Positions 9,779-16,702 of a DNA stretch of 63,841 nt are shown piece by piece. A program made the position numbers and the translations under genes. Within the stretch, counting starts at the first letter, position 1. Every line of letters begins with the position of its first letter. This stretch comes from an uncultured Bacteroides sp. (GTDB taxonomy: Bacteria; Bacteroidota; Bacteroidia; Bacteroidales; SM23-62): assembly GCA_964575235.1 (NCBI GenBank), contig CAZNQG010000002.1, forward strand, positions 1-63,841, in the 5' to 3' direction. Under the pieces are notes generated by a model. That model did no database searches. It saw only the letters and a list, made by a program, of their open reading frames with translations, and was not told the origin of the DNA.

Positions 9779-10527
9779 ATTTGCTTTATTTCCGGTATTC
9801 TTCTCTTTCTGCTTGCTTCGGCTATCTCACTTATTTCTTCAAGCATTTCTTTTGATATCGGAACCTCTGTTTCCTTGTCTGAGAATTTAACCTCTTTCAT
9901 TTTTGAGATCCTAAAAAACAACCTCATTGGACTTTCAATCCGTGTAAACATTAAATTATCAGCGGCTTCTTCCATCAACCGGATTTTATCTGCAAATGCA
10001 CTGGTGCTTACGGCAAAAGCATAGGTCTTACTTTTATCATCCCTGATGGCTTCCAGTAATTTATTCAATATCCTTTCTTTATAAGTAGGGGAAAAAAGCA
10101 GTAAATTCAGCGCTGAACCAAAAACCATGGTCCCCGGATCGGTATTTTCAACCATCTCTTCTGCCATTTCAATTGCATCATCCCATATTTCCGGCTTTAC
10201 CATATTTGCCAGAAGCATATTATCACTTATCTTCCTGCATATCTCAGCATGGGGATCAAACTGAATATATGCTATTTTCCCTTGATAATCCTGGAGATCA
10301 ATTTGATAAAGCTTTTGGATAGCACTTTGTATTAACTCTGCTGATGGATATTGCAGGGGTATGCTTATCAATGAACCCCCGGCTTTTAGCCATGCAGAAA
10401 CAAAGGCAAGTTCTACCAGTGGTTTCCCGGTTCCGCCGGGTCCGCTTATTAAAGTGGAAGACGGAATTGCAATACCTTCCGGCAGCAGTGCATCCAACCA
10501 TTCAATGTTACTTTTTAACTTCTTCAT
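9775..10527 (-). CDS. KaiC/RecA-superfamily P-loop domain protein with an atypical Walker A
   Basis: 250-aa ORF. IEWLDALLPEGIAIPSSTLISGPGGTGKP resembles KaiC/RadA-like N-termini, but Lys is followed by Pro rather than Ser/Thr. Confidence 0.55.
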   Translation of the reverse strand: MKKLKSNIEWLDALLPEGIAIPSSTLISGPGGTGKPLVELAFVSAWLKAGGSLISIPLQYPSAELIQSAIQKLYQIDLQDYQGKIAYIQFDPHAEICRKISDNMLLANMVKPEIWDDAIEMAEEMVENTDPGTMVFGSALNLLLFSPTYKERILNKLLEAIRDDKSKTYAFAVSTSAFADKIRLMEEAADNLMFTRIESPMRLFFRISKMKEVKFSDKETEVPISKEMLEEISEIAEASRKRRIPEIKQI

Positions 10528-10608
10528 GATTTATTTATTCTTAAACTCTGTCCCAGCTTCCTCGATGGAACCGGTCCAAATGCCAGAGTTGTTAGTTGTT
10601 CATACATC

Positions 10609-11643
10609 TTACAAGCCAATACCAGCAATGTACATTCCGCATTCCGGACACCGATGATCCTGAATCCTGTTTCTTATTTTTCCGAAACCGGATCGCTCAA
10701 TTAATGCTTTACCGCATTGGGGACAAATGGTATGTGAATCCTTGTGGTCCCATATATTACCCGGATATACATAATAAAGCCCGGCTTCCAAACCTGTTTC
10801 CTTTGCCAATTGCAAGGTTTTCAAAGGTGTGGATGGGTATTCTTTCATTCTATTAGCCGGGAAGAACCGGCTGATGTGCCAGGGAATATCCCTGCCCAAT
10901 TCGGTTGCAACAAAATCAGCCATATCCCGGATTTCATCCGGATCATCATTGATGCCGGGTATGATCAAACTGGTAACCTCCAACCATATATTTAACTGTT
11001 TTACTTTCTTCAGGCTGTCCAGAACTGGTTGTAAATGTGCCCCGGTATACCTGCGGTACGTTTCGTCTCGGAAAGCCTTTAAGTCAATGTTGACTGCATC
11101 CAGATAAGGACTGATCATCTCCAGCATTTCACCGGTCATATAACCATTGGTAATATAAAGATTATTAAGCCCGGCTTCATGTGCATGGCGTGCCGTATCA
11201 TAGCTGTATTCAAAAAAAATCGTAGGTTCCGTATAGGAATAAGCAATATGCTCAGAACCTTTCTGTTTTGCATCCAGAACGATTTGTTCCGGTGTTGCCT
11301 CCTTTCCGGATTCCAGTATTTCTTCGCTGAAGATTTCAGCAATATGCCAGTTCTGGCAAAATCTGCAATGAAAGTTACACCCGGGTGTGGCAATGGTATA
11401 CGCGCTGGAACCGGGATAAAAATGATACAATGGCTTTTTTTCTATCGGATCAATGTTTTGGGCAACGGTCCGTCCGTAGGCTTTTGTAACGAGCGTTCCC
11501 GCATCATTTTGCCTTACCTTGCAGATCCCTTTCCTGCCAGGAAATATCACACAACGGTGGGCACAAAGATTACATATGACTTTGCGCTCCTCTATTTTTT
11601 CATATAACAGTCCTTCTCTCACATGAAAGCATTTTATCAGCAA
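10609..11643 (-). CDS. amrS: AmmeMemoRadiSam system-type radical SAM enzyme
   Basis: N-terminal CNLCAHRCVIFPGRKGICKVR, DPIEKKPLYHFYPGS, radical SAM CNFHCRFCQNW, and a C-terminal zinc ribbon CPQCG..CPECG. The ORF-track start is TTG. An in-frame GTG at 11622 gives MREGLLYEK, which looks like the usual N-terminus. Confidence 0.8.
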   Translation of the reverse strand: MLIKCFHVREGLLYEKIEERKVICNLCAHRCVIFPGRKGICKVRQNDAGTLVTKAYGRTVAQNIDPIEKKPLYHFYPGSSAYTIATPGCNFHCRFCQNWHIAEIFSEEILESGKEATPEQIVLDAKQKGSEHIAYSYTEPTIFFEYSYDTARHAHEAGLNNLYITNGYMTGEMLEMISPYLDAVNIDLKAFRDETYRRYTGAHLQPVLDSLKKVKQLNIWLEVTSLIIPGINDDPDEIRDMADFVATELGRDIPWHISRFFPANRMKEYPSTPLKTLQLAKETGLEAGLYYVYPGNIWDHKDSHTICPQCGKALIERSGFGKIRNRIQDHRCPECGMYIAGIGL

Positions 11644-11649
11644 TCAATG

Positions 11650-11886
11650 TCAGTTCTGTGTTTCAGACGGAACGTTGCCAAAAAGTCTTGTCCCAATCCG
11701 TACGATATTGGCTCCTTCTTCGATGGCTATCTTGAAACTGTTACTCATCCCCATAGAAAGATAGCGCATCTCAACATTAGGTATTCCGGCATTTACTGCG
11801 GCCCGGACATCTTCAGGCAGTCTGTTTTTTGCCGCAGCAACCAGTAATATACCAGGCGGCAGAGAGCTTTTGATTTCATGATAAGA
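11650..11886 (-). pseudogene. C-terminal relic of a YggS-family PLP-binding protein
   Basis: The ORF tail ..[57 protein letters not shown] matches the conserved YggS C-terminus (LSMGMS..AI..G...VRIG..IFG). The N-terminal two-thirds or so of a normal YggS is absent. Confidence 0.5.
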
Positions 11887-11915
11887 CATACATAAAATTA
11901 GCAAAACAAGTCGAA

Positions 11916-11931
11916 ATGAACCAATGTTCAT
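11916..11931. promoter_or_regulatory. palindromic operator candidate, site 2 (ATGAACCAATGTTCAT)
   Basis: The arms extend to AAATGAAC/GTTCATTT. The site lies in the divergent region between the amrS unit (minus) and the DUF134 gene (plus). Confidence 0.5.
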
Positions 11932-11940
11932 TTGATTTAT

Positions 11941-11948
11941 TATCTTTG
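11941..11948 (+). promoter_or_regulatory. Bacteroidota-type -7 promoter box TATCTTTG (TAnnTTTG) for the DUF134 gene
   Basis: Exact match to TAnnTTTG, 9 nt downstream of palindrome site 2 and about 100 nt upstream of the ATG at 12050. Confidence 0.35.
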
Positions 11949-12049
11949 TTTGGAAAGCATTGCAGCGTCGATAAAAGGAATGTGATAAAAAATATCTGGC
12001 CGGAGATAAGGAATTGTAATGATGATCACGGGAATTAACTGAATCAGTC

Positions 12050-12460
12050 ATGCCAAACAGGAAAAGGCAAAGAAGAATTATGATGCCTCCAGTAATGGAA
12101 GGATTCAAACCATTTGGTGTTCCCGAGCGGAAGATCGAGCATGTGACTTTATTGTATGAAGAATTCGAAGCGATAAGGCTTTGTGATTATGAAATGCTGA
12201 CTCAGGAAGAAGCCTCTTACAGAATGCATGTTTCAAGGCCCACCTTTAACCGCATATACAATCATGCAAGAATGACCATTGCAAAAGCATTCGTTGAAAA
12301 CAGGGAGATTTTAATAAAAGGGGGAACCTATATATCGGATGACTATTGGTTTAAGTGCGATAATTGCCATGAGATTATGATTACCTTAAAACCAATACTC
12401 CTTTGCAGAAAATGCAATTCTGAGAATATATACCAGTTGAATATGAAGCCGGAAAGATAA
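12050..12460 (+). CDS. DUF134 (UPF0251) family DNA-binding protein with a C-terminal zinc-ribbon extension
   Basis: 136-aa [21 protein letters not shown] and [37 protein letters not shown] form a sigma-70 region-4-like HTH typical of DUF134. The C-terminus has CDNC-16 aa-CRKC. Confidence 0.75.
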   Translation: MPNRKRQRRIMMPPVMEGFKPFGVPERKIEHVTLLYEEFEAIRLCDYEMLTQEEASYRMHVSRPTFNRIYNHARMTIAKAFVENREILIKGGTYISDDYWFKCDNCHEIMITLKPILLCRKCNSENIYQLNMKPER

Positions 12461-12480
12461 GACAACCGATGAGTATTGAC

Positions 12481-13110
12481 TCAGTCAGGGTCTTTTTCAA
12501 CGAGCCAATGAACAAATTTTTCAGGAAATCCCACAATCACTTCATCTTTTAAAACGTTTCCGTATTTTCTTGATTCCGGACAGCCAAAAGACACGCAGGA
12601 AATATCTGAATTATAACCCCGGACAAAGACATTTCCACAGATTGAAAGTAATGAATTGTGCTGGATAAACGCAGATTTTCCCGTTTTGCTTAAAAGCTCA
12701 TGGATAAACTCCATTACTTTGGAAGGATGTGCATATATAATGTAAAAATCAGGTTTGTATTCCTGCTCCATTTCACTGGTGATGCCCATGTAGATGTTTT
12801 CAAGGGAGACCGCTATAGTGGGCGTATCCTTTAACATTTTGCGGATATGATTCCGCGGTATACTTGTATATTCCGAAATGTGCAGTGATAATTCATTATC
12901 CATATTTTTCTGGAATCCCAAACTGCGTTTAGCACCCATGCAATCAAGGTTTTCTTTATTGATGAGCAAGGGTATATCAAAGGAATAATGGATTGCTTCA
13001 CAAAACCTGATCTTTTTGGATGGTATGTTGATAATCCCATCCGGGGTACTATTGATAAGTAAACCTGTACACTTGCGTGTATCAAAGTATTCTTTGACTT
13101 TGTCAAGCAT
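12481..13110 (-). CDS. DUF169-like protein
   Basis: 209-aa ORF. The pattern RFCEAI, NLDCMGAKRSLGF, KPDFYIIYAHPSKVMEF, SICGN..SFGCPESRKYGNVLKDEVIVGFP resembles DUF169 as I remember it. Confidence 0.5.
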   Translation of the reverse strand: MLDKVKEYFDTRKCTGLLINSTPDGIINIPSKKIRFCEAIHYSFDIPLLINKENLDCMGAKRSLGFQKNMDNELSLHISEYTSIPRNHIRKMLKDTPTIAVSLENIYMGITSEMEQEYKPDFYIIYAHPSKVMEFIHELLSKTGKSAFIQHNSLLSICGNVFVRGYNSDISCVSFGCPESRKYGNVLKDEVIVGFPEKFVHWLVEKDPD

Positions 13111-13170
13111 GTTACCAGAAAATGTTAATCAATGCATCAAAACATGAATCATTACCGGTAATATAATTAA

Positions 13171-13186
13171 ATGAACTTTTGTTCAT
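13171..13186. promoter_or_regulatory. palindromic operator candidate, site 3 (ATGAACTTTTGTTCAT)
   Basis: The arms extend to AAATGAAC/GTTCATTT. The site lies in the divergent region between DUF169 (minus) and the TsaA-like gene (plus). Confidence 0.5.
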
Positions 13187-13282
13187 TTTAAAATAATTTG
13201 GATTAAATTTAAATAATTTATTCCATTGATACAAAGACCAGGCACATGAGTAATAAAATAAATAACACATTCGATAATAAAC

Positions 13283-13843
13283 ATGTATTGCAGAATTAGT
13301 TATTTTCTTATAATCAACGCATTAATTGTTTTCAGTATGAACGGACAGGATACGACTCAACCAATAATATATCATCCAATTGGAATTTTTCATACCTCCT
13401 ATACCCCCCAAACCGGTGCGCCCCGCCAGGGCATACTAATGCCTGAAACAAAAGGCCGGATTGAAATTTATCCGCCGTATCACAGTGCCTTACAAACCCT
13501 GGAGTTATTTGAATACATTATTGTACTTTATCATTTCAACAAAGTAAAGCGATGGGATGATGTCGTAACCCCACCTGCTTCAGGACACGATTTTGGTTTA
13601 TTTTCCACGCGCAGTCCAAAGAGGCCAAATCCGATCGGATTCTCTATTGTAAAACTTGAAAAAATAGAAAAGGGGATTCTATACGTATCGGGGGTTGATG
13701 CTTTCAACGGGACTCCTGTATTGGACATAAAGCCCTATTTACCTTCAATAGACTGTATTAAAAGCGTTCAAAATGAATTGATCGAAGAAGAACTCGGGCA
13801 TCATGATGAGGATTTTATATACGATTCAACCTATTTCAAGTAA
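13283..13843 (+). CDS. tsaA: TsaA/TrmO (YaeB, UPF0066) family SAM-dependent methyltransferase-like protein
   Basis: IGIFHTSYTPQTGAPRQG, FSTRSPKRPNPIGFSIVKL and GTPVLDIKPYLP are family hallmarks. The first 18 codons are hydrophobic and atypical, so the ATG at 13337 (MNGQD..) is a likely true start. Confidence 0.8.
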   Translation: MYCRISYFLIINALIVFSMNGQDTTQPIIYHPIGIFHTSYTPQTGAPRQGILMPETKGRIEIYPPYHSALQTLELFEYIIVLYHFNKVKRWDDVVTPPASGHDFGLFSTRSPKRPNPIGFSIVKLEKIEKGILYVSGVDAFNGTPVLDIKPYLPSIDCIKSVQNELIEEELGHHDEDFIYDSTYFK

Positions 13844-13976
13844 GAAAGATCACTTGCCTGGAGTTTTAAGTCTACTCAATTGTATTGGATCAGATCCCAC
13901 TGTAGGGATGTTCGTAATTTGGCTCTTATGTACAATAGTATTGTTCATTGAAATATTGCTTAACCTTATGTCCAGT

Positions 13977-14391
13977 TTAATGTTGCAGGTTCAAATAGGC
14001 ATTATTCTTCTTTAGAGAATAACGAATGAGACCTGCTTCCTGATTATTAAGATTCTTCACAATCTCTTGTATTTTAAAGTATATCAGATAATTAGGAAGG
14101 TATTTTGAAGAAACTCCATTAAATTGTCTGATCCATTTCATTAATTTACTATGAACATTATTCACATGCTGTAAATGAAAAATCTTCTTCGTTGTCCACT
14201 TTCTGTCCCAACTCGGTATTTTCTTGTGCAATAGATTCTTCTTCCTGGCAAACGCATCATATACAGTATACTGATCTGTGCATAGAACTGTTATTATTCT
14301 GGGATTTCTCCTCTTAACTACCCGCATACCCAGCGCCTCTGTAATATCTTTGCTATTTGCTTTACCCTTGCCGGTTGCCTTTAGTGCAATT
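13977..14391 (-). mobile_element. 5'-truncated IS1595-family transposase relic
   Basis: ..CTDQYTVYDAF..HLQHVNNVHSKLMKWIRQFNGVSSKYLPNYLIYF resembles the C-terminal part of ISXO2-like DDE transposases. The frame is open only from 14402 and runs straight into the stop codon of the neighbouring esterase gene. No N-terminal zinc-ribbon/DDE part is present. Confidence 0.6.
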
Positions 14392-16479
14392 CTATTGTTT
14401 AATTATTTTTTTCGCAATGGTTTGATATTGATTGGTAATCCTTATGATATGCATACCAGTAGGATAATTTGCCATGTTAACAGTCATATTCCTGGCCTGG
14501 GTATCCTGTTTAAATAGCAGCTCGCCGTTACTGTTGTACATGCTGACCTCAAACGGTGAATCGGGTATGGTTATGTTGATTTCTTCAGATACAGGATTTG
14601 GATAAAGTTCAATGCAGCTGATCGACTCATAATTTAACGCAGATGCATTACAATTGCCGGCAGCCGACCCTTCACCGATTACGTCTGCGCGAATATCGGT
14701 AATCCATAGCTTATCCATCAGTGCACCATCTTCACGATAGCCTATGGTTAGTGTATGGCCCCCCTTGCTCAGGCTAAAACCGGAAGTGAAATTTACCCAC
14801 TGCCATGTAGGAGCTGGAATATTGTTCCACATAGCAAAAGAACCGTTATCCATTTTTATCCAGAAAGAGTCATCGTTGGGGCTGGGACAAATTAACCGGG
14901 CATATAAATTATGGGTGCCACCTTCTTCTACATCAAACGTATAGGATATTAATCCTGCAGCATCTGCCGGAGCGCTGCCGGTGCTGTTATTTCCAGTTTT
15001 TACGGTTACATAATGGTCATTTGAAGCATTTTCGTCTGATTTAATATCCCAAAGTGTTCCTACAGTTCCACATTCCGCTTCCAACCAAATTCCCGAGTCT
15101 TCTAAAAGGGTAATAAATACATCATCAGAATCGGTTTTTCCATCCTTATCCGTTACGGTCAGTGTAATGGTATGAGTACCGACCGTAAGATCAACCTCGG
15201 GGTTTTCTCCTGTTGCTATCTGTGTTTCATCTTCGCTCCAGACATAGGAAACAATATCACTACTCCAGCTTAAACTGCGCGAACCATTCAATTTAACTGA
15301 AACACAGCCGCTGTCGCCAAGGTCCACCAGGGTTTGGTCGGAACCTGCATTTGCAAAGAGTGTTTCTGAGCTTTCAATTTCTGTAAACAGATTCAAGTCT
15401 ACCGAGTTTCCCAAAAACGCATATCCGGCGGCATTGGGATGCAGCCAATCATTAGAATATTCTGCTGTCAGTTTTGCAGTGTCATTCGGATCACGGATCG
15501 TTTTATCAAAATCGATACATGCATCGAAATTCCCCGGTGTCCTGATCCATTCGTTCACTGTATTACGAACCTCCTCATGTGCTTCGGTATAATAGTAGTG
15601 GCCTTTAAATGGTGTAATGGTTGCACCATAAACCTTAATGTTCATGGCATGGGCATCGTCGATAATTGTTTGACAAGCATTGATAATGGTTGTTGCCGAT
15701 GCGCCACCACCAATATCGTTGGTGCCGTTAAAGATAATGATCCATCGCAAACCTGATTGAGTCAGTAAATCATCCTGGTATCTGCTAAGCCCGGTTGTAG
15801 GGCCAGAACCTGCCAGGGTGGTTGCACCAATCCCTAAATTAAGAACACCTATATGTTTGGTACGTTCATCATCGAGTAATTTTTGTGAGAAAATATCGGT
15901 CCACCGGTTCTGCAATCCCCCGGACAGGCCATATCCATCGGTGAGCGAATTTCCAAGAACAGCTACACAACCCGCAGTATCGGCAGAACGAACATCAACG
16001 GTGTTAATATGAAACCAGTGTGCCGTGATGGTTTCTCCGGTAAAATCAGCCGCCGAAGCCTGGTTGCCGGTAACGATATAGGAATCGGTCCGCGAAGCCA
16101 CATGACTGGTCATGTCAACCGTTGAAGCTGCCTCTCCATAATATACGGTAATTGCCAGCCGCATACTTGGTGTCAGGGGAAATGCAACCGGATCGGAAGT
16201 TATGGAAGAATAGGCATCCATGGTAACCGAAGTATCTCCACCAAATTTCAATTTCGTGTTGGTCGAGGCATCAACAGCACTTCCGCCGTTTGACTCAGCG
16301 ATATAAACAGAATTTATTGTTACCGGGGTAGAACAGGTTTTATTTGAAAATTTGATTCTTAATGTATCACCTCCTATTGAAACACGAACCACCTGTCGTA
16401 ATGTGTTGTTTGCCAAATAGGGAGAAGGAGGTGTATTTCCCGAACCTGCAGCATAGGGCGCACAACTCCAGCTGCCCAC
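14392..16479 (-). CDS. secreted SGNH/GDSL-family esterase with PKD-like and CBM-like domains and a T9SS C-terminal sorting domain
   Basis: SGNH blocks are present: VAVLGNSLTDGYG, FNGTNDIGGG and DWLHPN. A PKD-like segment follows (ANAGSDQTLVD..TLTVTDKDGKTDSD), then a beta-sandwich segment (WLEAECG..). The C-terminus YPNPVSEEINITIP...IIRITN..KKIIKQ is T9SS CTD-like. The annotated start is GTG; see the finding on the upstream signal peptide. Confidence 0.8.
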   Translation of the reverse strand: MGSWSCAPYAAGSGNTPPSPYLANNTLRQVVRVSIGGDTLRIKFSNKTCSTPVTINSVYIAESNGGSAVDASTNTKLKFGGDTSVTMDAYSSITSDPVAFPLTPSMRLAITVYYGEAASTVDMTSHVASRTDSYIVTGNQASAADFTGETITAHWFHINTVDVRSADTAGCVAVLGNSLTDGYGLSGGLQNRWTDIFSQKLLDDERTKHIGVLNLGIGATTLAGSGPTTGLSRYQDDLLTQSGLRWIIIFNGTNDIGGGASATTIINACQTIIDDAHAMNIKVYGATITPFKGHYYYTEAHEEVRNTVNEWIRTPGNFDACIDFDKTIRDPNDTAKLTAEYSNDWLHPNAAGYAFLGNSVDLNLFTEIESSETLFANAGSDQTLVDLGDSGCVSVKLNGSRSLSWSSDIVSYVWSEDETQIATGENPEVDLTVGTHTITLTVTDKDGKTDSDDVFITLLEDSGIWLEAECGTVGTLWDIKSDENASNDHYVTVKTGNNSTGSAPADAAGLISYTFDVEEGGTHNLYARLICPSPNDDSFWIKMDNGSFAMWNNIPAPTWQWVNFTSGFSLSKGGHTLTIGYREDGALMDKLWITDIRADVIGEGSAAGNCNASALNYESISCIELYPNPVSEEINITIPDSPFEVSMYNSNGELLFKQDTQARNMTVNMANYPTGMHIIRITNQYQTIAKKIIKQ

Positions 16480-16702
16480 CCATATATCGGATTGGGCGAA
16501 AAGACTTTCGACACCGATTGACAGAACTATTAAAAACAGTGCCGGGTATGAACATATTGGCTTCAGGATTCTTATTTGATTTATATATGCTATCCTTTAA
16601 TTATTTTTTCGTGGATTATTCAATAAATAAAGTTACAAAGGATTTTCCCTTTGTTCAAGGATTTCGGCCTTAATACGCGCGTCCCTGTGTATGGATCGAA
16701 CC

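Noticed and set aside
9140-10527. KaiC-like ATPase plus MBL-fold protein as a two-gene nuclease-type defence system.
   Set aside because: The MBL protein has the KITxxYDN..HxHxDH..HCT layout of the small metabolic COG1237-like family, not of DNA/RNA-processing MBL nucleases. The pair sits inside a redox/Fe-S context sharing the palindromic operator. I saw no defence-island hallmarks.
10590-10605. Half-sites of the palindrome: GTTCAT near 10596 between amrS and the ATPase gene, and TGAACAT near 1590 upstream of the first radical SAM gene.
   Set aside because: Only one arm is present, with no matching partner at 4-nt spacing. Half-sites of a 6-mer are expected by chance.
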